This document shows, one piece after another, positions 8,396-15,991 of a DNA stretch of 32,000 bases. The DNA lies in contig NZ_CP059223.1 in the NCBI RefSeq assembly GCF_014252415.1, positions 210,001-242,000 on the forward strand, in the 5' to 3' direction. Numbering within the stretch: the first letter of the stretch is position 1; each line of letters begins with the position of its first letter. Source of the stretch: Candidatus Saccharimonadota bacterium. Its GTDB lineage: Bacteria > Bacteroidota > Bacteroidia > Flavobacteriales > Blattabacteriaceae. The position numbers were made by a program, and so were the translations under genes. The notes beneath the pieces are model-generated. The model did no database searches. It was not told the origin of the DNA and saw only the letters and a list, made by a program, of their open reading frames with translations.

Positions 8396-10678
8396 ATGAA
8401 AAAAATAAAAAAAGATCTTCGTGAAGAATCATTAATTTATCATAGTAAATTTCCGGCAGGAAAAATAAAAATTACACCAACAAAAAAATATAATAGTCAA
8501 AGGGATTTATCATTAGCTTATTCACCTGGAGTAGCGGAACCTTGCAAAGAAATTGTTAAATATCCTAAAAATGTATATAAATATACATCGAAAGGAAATT
8601 TGGTTGCAGTTATTACAAATGGATCAGCAGTTTTAGGATTAGGAAATATAGGTGCTTTAGCTTCTAAACCAGTAATGGAAGGAAAAGCACTTTTATTTAA
8701 AATATTTTCTGGAATTGATGTATTTGATATAGAAATTAATGAATCTAATCCAAAAAAATTTATAGAAATAATAAAATCTATATCTCCTACTTTTGGAGGA
8801 ATTAATTTAGAAGATATTAAGTCACCAGAAGCTTTTGAGATAGAAAGAGTTCTAAAAAAAGAATTAGATATTCCTGTCATGCATGATGATCAAGATGGAA
8901 CCGCAATTATTTCAGGAGCTGCCTTACTTAATGCAATTTTTTACGTAAAAAAAAATATTGATAAAATAAAAATGGTTATTAATGGAGCTGGTTCTGCTGC
9001 AATTTCTTGTGCTAGAATATATAAAAAATTAGGAATTAAATCAAATAATATCCTTATGTTTGATAGTAAAGGTTTATTACATCATTCAAGAAACGATTTA
9101 AATAAAGAAAAAAAAGAATTTTCTATTAATGAATCTTATCCTATTTTTACCTTGAAAGAAGCAATTAAAAATTCAGATGTATTTATTGGATTATCTATAG
9201 GAGGTATATTAACTACTGATATGTTAAAAAGTATGGCAATAAACCCCATTGTTTTTGCTATGGCTAATCCTGATCCAGAAATTGATTATAATTTAGCTAT
9301 AAAAACTAGATCTGACGTTATTATTGCTACTGGAAGAAGTGATTATCCTAACCAAGTAAATAATGTAATAGGATTCCCATATATTTTTAGAGGTGCTTTA
9401 GATGTTCAAGCAAATATCATTAATGATAAAATGAAATTAGCAGCAGTGCATGCTATTGCATCTTTAGCAAAAGAACCTGTTCCTGAACAAGTAAATATCG
9501 TCTATAATAAAAAAAATATTTCTTTTGGAAAAGAATATATTATTCCTAAACCTTTTGATAATAGATTAATTATTAGAGTATCCCCTGCTGTAGCAAAGGC
9601 AGCTATGGATTCTGGAGTTGCAAGGAATCCAATTTCTAATTGGAAAATTTATAAAGAAATACTTCTAGATAGAATGGGATACGAAAGTAAAATTTTAAGA
9701 ATGATACAAAATAGAGCTCGAACAAATCCTAAAAGAATTGTTTTTTGTAATGGTGAAGAGTATAATGTATTAAAATCTATTCATATCCTAAATGAAGAAG
9801 GAATAATTCATTCACCTACAGTATTAGGAAATAAGAATAAAATAAATAATTTAATTAAAGAAAATAAATTAGACATAAAATTAAGAATTATAGATCCAGA
9901 AAAAGATAAAAATAATATAATAATAGATAAATACGCAAAAATTCTTTGGAAAAGAAGATGTAGAAAAGGATTAACTCTATATGAGTCAAAAATTAGAATG
10001 AGAAATAATGATCATTTTGGATCTATGATGGTAGATCAAAATGAGGCTGATGTTGTCATTACTGGATATTCTAGGAGTTTTTCTTTAAGTCTAAGACCTA
10101 TTTTAGAAGTTATAGGTAAAAAAAAATCTGATTTTAAAGTAGCTGGAATGATAATTTTATTGACAAAAAAGGGCCCCCTATTTTTAGCAGATACAGCAGT
10201 TATACCAGATCCTACAAGTGAAGAATTAGCTAGAATTGCATTGATGGCTTCTCATGTAGTTAAGGAATTTAATATTGAACCACACATCGCAATGTTATCA
10301 TTTCAAAATTTTTCATCACGTTCAAAAACATCAAATAAGGTATCTAGAACTGTAGCATTTTTACATAAAAAATATCCTAAACTAATAGTAGACGGAGAAT
10401 TGCAACCAGATTTTGCATTAAATGAATTTTTATTGTCTAGTAAATTTCCATTTTCTAAATTAGTTAAAAAAAAAGCTAACATATTTATTTTTCCAAATCT
10501 TGAATCAAGTAATTTAACCTATAAATTTATTAGAGGATTAGGTGAGGTTAAAACTATAGGACCTATTATGTTAGGAATGAATAAACCTGCTCATGTTATG
10601 CAAATGCAATCTAGTATAGAAGAAATTGTTAATTTATCTACTATAGCTGTGATTGATGCACAAATCAGAACTAACTAG
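8396..10678 (+). CDS. maeB: NADP-dependent malic enzyme (malic enzyme domain plus phosphate-acetyltransferase-like domain)
   Basis: 760 aa with YSPGVAEPC, VITNGSAVLGLGNIGALASKPVMEGKA, NGAGSAAISC and ANPDPEI, and a C-terminal PTA-like half. Confidence 0.9.
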   Translation: MKKIKKDLREESLIYHSKFPAGKIKITPTKKYNSQRDLSLAYSPGVAEPCKEIVKYPKNVYKYTSKGNLVAVITNGSAVLGLGNIGALASKPVMEGKALLFKIFSGIDVFDIEINESNPKKFIEIIKSISPTFGGINLEDIKSPEAFEIERVLKKELDIPVMHDDQDGTAIISGAALLNAIFYVKKNIDKIKMVINGAGSAAISCARIYKKLGIKSNNILMFDSKGLLHHSRNDLNKEKKEFSINESYPIFTLKEAIKNSDVFIGLSIGGILTTDMLKSMAINPIVFAMANPDPEIDYNLAIKTRSDVIIATGRSDYPNQVNNVIGFPYIFRGALDVQANIINDKMKLAAVHAIASLAKEPVPEQVNIVYNKKNISFGKEYIIPKPFDNRLIIRVSPAVAKAAMDSGVARNPISNWKIYKEILLDRMGYESKILRMIQNRARTNPKRIVFCNGEEYNVLKSIHILNEEGIIHSPTVLGNKNKINNLIKENKLDIKLRIIDPEKDKNNIIIDKYAKILWKRRCRKGLTLYESKIRMRNNDHFGSMMVDQNEADVVITGYSRSFSLSLRPILEVIGKKKSDFKVAGMIILLTKKGPLFLADTAVIPDPTSEELARIALMASHVVKEFNIEPHIAMLSFQNFSSRSKTSNKVSRTVAFLHKKYPKLIVDGELQPDFALNEFLLSSKFPFSKLVKKKANIFIFPNLESSNLTYKFIRGLGEVKTIGPIMLGMNKPAHVMQMQSSIEEIVNLSTIAVIDAQIRTN

Positions 10679-10679
10679 A

Positions 10680-11480
10680 CTAATAGTTATATTTTTCTAT
10701 AAAATTACTTTTACCAAATAAACTAATTACTTTTTTTTTAAAAAAGAAATTATAATTAGATGTATAATAAAAAACTGATGGATTGACCCATTGTGTCGAA
10801 GATAATAATTTTTTTTTCTTTAATTTTTTTTTTATTTCTTTTACAACTATTTTTTGTATATCAATTAAATGTACTTTACCATTATAAAAATTACTTATTT
10901 CATGTTTGATATATAAATAATGAGTGCAAGCTAGTATTAATAATTCTATTGACTTTAATTGAAATAAATAATTACTTATAATATTTATTGATTTTTTTAA
11001 ATTAAAATTATATTCTATGAAATAAGCTAATAATGGTATGGATATTTGAATAATTTTTAAATGATTATAATTTTCTTTTATTTTTTTTATATAAAAATTT
11101 GATTTAGCTGTAGAAGGTGTAGTAATAATACCTATATTTTTGTAAGATAAAAATATTTTATTTCTAACAATAGGATCTATTACATTAAATATTAATATTT
11201 TATTATTAAATTTATTTAAAATTATATCTAATGCATTGGAAGTGATTGTATTACAAGCTATAATAATAGCTTTACATTTTTTTTCATAAAGGAATCTAAC
11301 TATTTTAACAGAATTATTAATAATAAAATCTTTAGACTTATTACCATATGGCATATTAGCGGTGTCTCCAAAATAGATAAAATTTTCATTTGGCATTTGA
11401 TTTTTTATCTCTTTTGCTATTAAAAGACCACCTATACCAGAATCAAATATTCCTATAGGATATTTATCCTCATTTTTCAT
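10680..11480 (-). CDS. murI: Glutamate racemase
   Basis: 266 aa with IGIFDSGIGGL and the two catalytic-Cys motifs IIACNTITS and ILACTHY. Confidence 0.9.
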   Translation of the reverse strand: MKNEDKYPIGIFDSGIGGLLIAKEIKNQMPNENFIYFGDTANMPYGNKSKDFIINNSVKIVRFLYEKKCKAIIIACNTITSNALDIILNKFNNKILIFNVIDPIVRNKIFLSYKNIGIITTPSTAKSNFYIKKIKENYNHLKIIQISIPLLAYFIEYNFNLKKSINIISNYLFQLKSIELLILACTHYLYIKHEISNFYNGKVHLIDIQKIVVKEIKKKLKKKKLLSSTQWVNPSVFYYTSNYNFFFKKKVISLFGKSNFIEKYNY

Positions 11481-11523
11481 AAATTTAAATTATCCTTTAT
11501 GTAATTATAAATTTTATATAGGT

Positions 11524-11766
11524 TTATTTTTTTATAATTATTTTTTTATGTAAATATTTTTTTAATCTAGATGCTTTATTTAAATGTATTATATTTTTTT
11601 TAGATAATTTATCTATCATGGAGATTACTTTGGGATAAGATTTTTTATCTTTATTAATTAATAATTTTTTTATAAGTGTCCTTGTACTTTTATATATGTA
11701 TCTATTTCTAATTCGTTTTATACGATTTTGTCTAATTCTTTTTATAGATGATAAATGATTAGCCAT
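11524..11766 (-). CDS. rpsT: 30S ribosomal protein S20
   Basis: 80 aa, very basic, with the N-terminus MANHLSSIKRIRQNRIKRIRN typical of S20. Confidence 0.9.
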   Translation of the reverse strand: MANHLSSIKRIRQNRIKRIRNRYIYKSTRTLIKKLLINKDKKSYPKVISMIDKLSKKNIIHLNKASRLKKYLHKKIIIKK

Positions 11767-11787
11767 ATTTATTAATGTATTTTTATA

Positions 11788-11859
11788 TAGCCCATAGGGG
11801 AATCGAACCCCTCTTTCCAGGATGAAAACCTGATGTCCTGACCAATAGACGAATGGGCC
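11788..11859 (-). tRNA. tRNA-Glu (anticodon UUC), no encoded CCA
   Basis: Hand-folded cloverleaf on the minus strand. Acceptor GGCCCAT/ATGGGCT (G1-U72 wobble). D-stem GTCT/GGAC with loop ATTGGTCA. Anticodon stem TCAGG/CCTGG with loop TT-TTC-AT. 4-nt variable region. T-stem AGGGG/CCCCT with loop TTCGATT. Discriminator A. Confidence 0.9.
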
Positions 11860-11917
11860 TTATAACAAATTAAATTTTTTTTATGTTTAATACAAGTAAT
11901 AAATGTAAATAATATTA

Positions 11918-13171
11918 TTAATTACGAGTAATTATAAATCCTATAGATTCTAAATCTTTCCAAAAAAATGGATACGATTTTTCTACTACATCTGCATCTT
12001 TTATTTTTAAAATTGGAAAATTATTTAATAATGTAAAAGGAACAAATGACATTGCCATTCTATGATCTTGATAAGTATTTATTTCTATTGGATATTTAAT
12101 CCTTTTTTTTATAAAATCTTTTATTTCTAGGTGGGATTGTGTAATTTTTAAAATTACTCCAAACTTTATAAGTTCTTCTTGTAATGCAGATAATCTATCT
12201 GTTTCTTTTATTTTTAAAGTTTCTAATCCATATAAATAACATTTTACTCCAATAGATGCGCAAGTTACAGTAATTGTTTGTGCTATATCTGGAGTTTTAT
12301 TTAAATTTAATTTTATAATTTTTTTTTGATAAAAATTTTCTTTTTTTTTTAAAAAAATTTTGTTTTTAGTAAAATACGTTAATATTCCAAAATATTTCTC
12401 ATATAAATAAGATACCTCTTTATCTCCTTGTAAACTTTTATTAAAAAATGAACTTAATATAATATTACTTTTTTTTGATACAGTAGCCATTGAATAATAA
12501 TAAGATGCAGAACTCCAGTCAGATTCTACATGAAAAATTTTTTCTCCTTCTTTTCTATCAGGATAAATATGAATATATCTTTCTTTCCAAGAAATTTTAA
12601 TTCCTGATAACAACAAAAGATCAAAAGTCATTTTTATATATGGGATTGATGTAATTTTATTTTTTAAATAAATTTTTAATCCATTTTTAAATCTATTAGC
12701 AACTAACATTAATGAACTAATATATTGACTACTTATTTTTGCATCTACAATAACTTCACCTCCTTTAATCGACCCCCCAAAAATTTTTAATGGAGGATAC
12801 CCATTTTTTTCTAAAAAAATAATTTTAGCTCCTAAGTTTTTTAATGTATTAACAAGTATAGAAATGGGTCTTTGTTTCATTCTATTTGATCCAGTTAGAA
12901 TAGTTGTTTTGTTTTTTTTTATAGAGAAATAAGAAGTTAAAAAACGCATTGCAGTACCCGAATGATTGATGTTAATAACATCAGATTTACTTTTTAAACT
13001 ATTTTCCAATATTTTGGTATCATCACAATTAGATATATTTTCAATATAAATATCTTTTTTATATAAATATTTTATAATTAAAAGACGATTTGATATGCTT
13101 TTAGATCCAGTTATTGATATAGATCCATTTAAATTATTTGTTTTTCTATAAATATGAATATGATAAGACAT
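11918..13171 (-). CDS. aroA: 3-phosphoshikimate 1-carboxyvinyltransferase (EPSP synthase)
   Basis: 417 aa with ITGSKSISNRLLII, NHSGTAMRFLTSY, MKQRPI, the DAKISSQYISSLML-type motif and YQDHRMAMSF. Confidence 0.9.
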   Translation of the reverse strand: MSYHIHIYRKTNNLNGSISITGSKSISNRLLIIKYLYKKDIYIENISNCDDTKILENSLKSKSDVININHSGTAMRFLTSYFSIKKNKTTILTGSNRMKQRPISILVNTLKNLGAKIIFLEKNGYPPLKIFGGSIKGGEVIVDAKISSQYISSLMLVANRFKNGLKIYLKNKITSIPYIKMTFDLLLLSGIKISWKERYIHIYPDRKEGEKIFHVESDWSSASYYYSMATVSKKSNIILSSFFNKSLQGDKEVSYLYEKYFGILTYFTKNKIFLKKKENFYQKKIIKLNLNKTPDIAQTITVTCASIGVKCYLYGLETLKIKETDRLSALQEELIKFGVILKITQSHLEIKDFIKKRIKYPIEINTYQDHRMAMSFVPFTLLNNFPILKIKDADVVEKSYPFFWKDLESIGFIITRN

Positions 13172-13172
13172 A

Positions 13173-13499
13173 TTATTTTAAATCTTTATTTTTTTGATAA
13201 TGTCTATTATAATCTCTTTTAGTTTTTTCTATTAATTTTTTATTAAATGATTTTTCTAAATCAATACCAGTTTGATTAGCTAGACATATGACTACAAATA
13301 ATACATCTGATAATTCTCTTCCAAGATCTTCATTTATTTTATCTTCATTTTTTTTTGATTGTTCTCCATAATTTCTTGCGATAATCCTAGATACTTCTCC
13401 TACTTCTTCAGATAAAAGAATAGTATTCGTTAATATATTAAAATAACGCACACCATGAGTATGTATCCATTTATGAACTATTTTTTGTATATTATTCAT
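13173..13499 (-). CDS. MazG-like nucleotide pyrophosphohydrolase (small single-domain type)
   Basis: 108 aa with LSEEVGEVSRII and ELSDVLFVVICLANQTGIDLE, the EXXE-type helices of the MazG/YpjD family. Confidence 0.65.
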   Translation of the reverse strand: MNNIQKIVHKWIHTHGVRYFNILTNTILLSEEVGEVSRIIARNYGEQSKKNEDKINEDLGRELSDVLFVVICLANQTGIDLEKSFNKKLIEKTKRDYNRHYQKNKDLK

Positions 13500-13502
13500 T
13501 AA

Positions 13503-14465
13503 TTAAATTATTTTTTTTCTTTTTAATAAAATTTTTACCTTATTAATAATTGATTCACAATTAATTTCATATTTATTTAATAATTCCATTGGTTTCCCAC
13601 TTTCTCCAAAGGTGTCATTAACTGCTACAAATTCTTGAGGAATATTACATCGTTTAGTCGTTATAATTCTTGCGATACTCTCTCCTAATCCTCCAAAATA
13701 ATTATGTTCTTCAGCTGTAATAATACATTTTGTTTTATCAATTGATTTTAATATTGTTGTTTCATCCATAGGTTTAATTGTGTGAATATTGATTACCTCA
13801 CATTCAATTCCTTCTTTTTCGTATAAAAATTTATATGCTTTTAATGATTCCCAAACTAAATGACCTGTACAAACAATAGTTAAATCTTTTCCTTTTGTTA
13901 ATAGAATAGCTTTTCCTATATTAAATTCCTGATTTTTTTTTGTAAAATTTACCACAGAAGGACGTCCAAAACGTAAATATACTGGTCCATAAAATTTTGA
14001 TATAGATATTGTTGCAGCATATGTTTGATTATAATCACATGTGTTAATTACAGTCATTCCAGGTAGCATTTTCATTAATCCAATATCTTCTAAACTTTGA
14101 TGTGTAGCACCATCTTCTCCTATAGTTAATCCAGAATGAGATGCGCATATTTTTACATTTTTATAAGAATAAGCTATCGATTGACGTATTTGATCGTATA
14201 CACGAGATGTAGAAAAATTAGCAAAAGTTCCTGTAAATGGAATATATCCCCCAATACTTAATCCAGCAGCTATTCCCATCATATTAGCCTCTGCTATTCC
14301 TATTTGAAAAAATCTATCTGGAAATTCTACTTTAAATTTATTCATAAACATAGAATTAGTAAGATCTGCACATAATGCAACTATTTTTTTATTTTTATTA
14401 CCTATGAAAGCTAATGCATCGCCAAACCCAGCTCTAGTTTCTTTTAATTCTTTTTTATTATACAT
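13503..14465 (-). CDS. tkt: Transketolase, C-terminal (pyrimidine-binding plus C-terminal domain) subunit
   Basis: 320 aa with FQIGIAEANMMGIAAGL, GEDGATHQSLEDIGLM, and IHTIKPMD in the C-terminal domain. It is paired with the upstream N-terminal subunit gene. Confidence 0.9.
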   Translation of the reverse strand: MYNKKELKETRAGFGDALAFIGNKNKKIVALCADLTNSMFMNKFKVEFPDRFFQIGIAEANMMGIAAGLSIGGYIPFTGTFANFSTSRVYDQIRQSIAYSYKNVKICASHSGLTIGEDGATHQSLEDIGLMKMLPGMTVINTCDYNQTYAATISISKFYGPVYLRFGRPSVVNFTKKNQEFNIGKAILLTKGKDLTIVCTGHLVWESLKAYKFLYEKEGIECEVINIHTIKPMDETTILKSIDKTKCIITAEEHNYFGGLGESIARIITTKRCNIPQEFVAVNDTFGESGKPMELLNKYEINCESIINKVKILLKRKKII

Positions 14466-14487
14466 AGTATTACTATATGTTCATAAA

Positions 14488-15345
14488 TTATAATGGATAA
14501 TCTCTCAGATTACTTTCTGGAATCTGATTTAATGCTTTTATTAATTCATTTTTATTAGGAGCTTTTCCATGCCATTCATTTTTTCCAATCATAAAATCTA
14601 CACCATACCCCATTTTGGTATGTAAAATAATTAAAACAGGCTTTTTATTATTAGTTTTTGTTTTTGCTTTTTTTAAAATATTAATTACATGTTCAATGTC
14701 ATTACCATTTTTTTCTTCTAACACTTCCCAATTAAATGATTTAAATTTTTCATTCAAATTACCGAGGGGTAACACTTGATTAGTAGAACCATCAATTTGT
14801 TGTCCATTATAGTCTATAGTAGCTATGTAATTATCTATTTTTTTAGCGCCAGCATATAATACTGCTTCCCAAATTTGACCTTCATTTAACTCTCCATCAC
14901 CATGTAAACTAAATACAGTAGTATTTTTTTCTTTATCTAATTTTTTTGAAATAGCTACACCAATAGAAACAGACATACCTTGCCCTAACGATCCTGAAGA
15001 AATTCTTATTCCTGGTAATTTATCATGAACAGATGGATGTCCTTGTAAACGAGAATTAATCTTTCTAAAAGATGAAAGTTCTGAAATAGGGAAAAACCCT
15101 GATCTAGCTAATATACTGTAGTAAACAGGCGAAACATGTCCATTTGATAAGAAAAAAATATCTTCTCCTTTACCTTCCATAATAAATTTATTTGAATCAA
15201 AATTCATTATTTCACTATATAAGGCTACAAAATATTCCGTAGAACTTAAAGATCCCCCTGGATGTCCTGAGTTTGCATAACTTACCATTCTAAGAATATC
15301 TCTTCTTACTTGATTACATAAATTTTTTAAATAACATATATTCAT
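14488..15345 (-). CDS. tkt: Transketolase, N-terminal (thiamine-diphosphate-binding) subunit
   Basis: 285 aa with SGHPGGSLS, LSNGHVSPVYY, GSLGQGMSVSIG and the TPP motif GDGELNEGQIWEA. Confidence 0.9.
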   Translation of the reverse strand: MNICYLKNLCNQVRRDILRMVSYANSGHPGGSLSSTEYFVALYSEIMNFDSNKFIMEGKGEDIFFLSNGHVSPVYYSILARSGFFPISELSSFRKINSRLQGHPSVHDKLPGIRISSGSLGQGMSVSIGVAISKKLDKEKNTTVFSLHGDGELNEGQIWEAVLYAGAKKIDNYIATIDYNGQQIDGSTNQVLPLGNLNEKFKSFNWEVLEEKNGNDIEHVINILKKAKTKTNNKKPVLIILHTKMGYGVDFMIGKNEWHGKAPNKNELIKALNQIPESNLRDYPL

Positions 15346-15398
15346 TTTAATTCATAAAATTCTAATATCTTTTGTTTCATATAAACAAAATTCATATA

Positions 15399-15406
15399 CA
15401 AAAATA
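15399..15406 (-). promoter_or_regulatory. Candidate -7 box (TATTTTTG) upstream of the tkt-mazG-aroA minus-strand block
   Basis: The plus strand reads caaaaata. It lies 54 nt upstream of the transketolase N-subunit ATG (15345). Confidence 0.3.
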
Positions 15407-15477
15407 TATAATTATATTAATTTTATTAATGAATTTTATTAACTATAAATATTTTACTATAAATTATAATTAAATAA

Positions 15478-15903
15478 ATGAGTATAATAGTAAATAGAAA
15501 AGCTAAATTTCAATATTATTTATTAGATTTCTATCTAGCTGGAATACAATTACTTGGTTCTGAAGTAAAATCAATAAGAAATAGAAAGATTAACATATCA
15601 GAAAGTTTTTGTCAAATCATAAATAAAGAGATGTATATCATTAACTTATATATCGAAAAATATAAATTTGGATCAAATTGTGATACAAGAAGAAAAAGAA
15701 AATTATTGTTAAATAAAAAAGAATTAATAAAAATTAATAAAAAATTAGTAATTCATAGAATGACAATTGTTCCAATTGAAATTTTTTTTAATAAAAAAGG
15801 ATTCATCAAAGTAAAAATAGCAATAGCAAAAGGAAAAAAAAATTATGATAAAAGAGAAATTAAAAAAAATAAAGAATTAATAAAGGAAATAAATCAATAT
15901 TAA
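15478..15903 (+). CDS. smpB: SsrA-binding protein (trans-translation)
   Basis: 141 aa with NRKAKFQYYLLDFYLAGIQLLGSEVKSIR, RKRKLLLNKKE and a basic C-terminal tail. Confidence 0.9.
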   Translation: MSIIVNRKAKFQYYLLDFYLAGIQLLGSEVKSIRNRKINISESFCQIINKEMYIINLYIEKYKFGSNCDTRRKRKLLLNKKELIKINKKLVIHRMTIVPIEIFFNKKGFIKVKIAIAKGKKNYDKREIKKNKELIKEINQY

Positions 15904-15951
15904 TATTATAAATAAATTTTTATTATTTTATATTTTATATTCCTATTTATT

Positions 15952-15959
15952 TATATTTG
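15952..15959 (+). promoter_or_regulatory. Candidate -7 box (TATATTTG) upstream of the repeat-tailed OM protein gene
   Basis: Exact TAnnTTTG match 33 nt upstream of the ATG at 15992. Confidence 0.3.
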
Positions 15960-15991
15960 TTTTAAGATTCTAAAGAAATTTATAGTTTATT

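Noticed and set aside
13503-15345. Transketolase split into two genes, as a possible pseudogenisation
   Set aside because: Both halves are intact with complete motifs, and the break falls at the domain boundary. Two-subunit transketolases are a known, functional arrangement in many bacteria and archaea.
15370-15390. Hairpin ttttgttt-catat-aaacaaaa in the tkt/smpB divergent spacer
   Set aside because: It is an 8-bp stem with a single G-C pair in a divergent promoter region. That is within chance expectation at this base composition, and no second copy was found.
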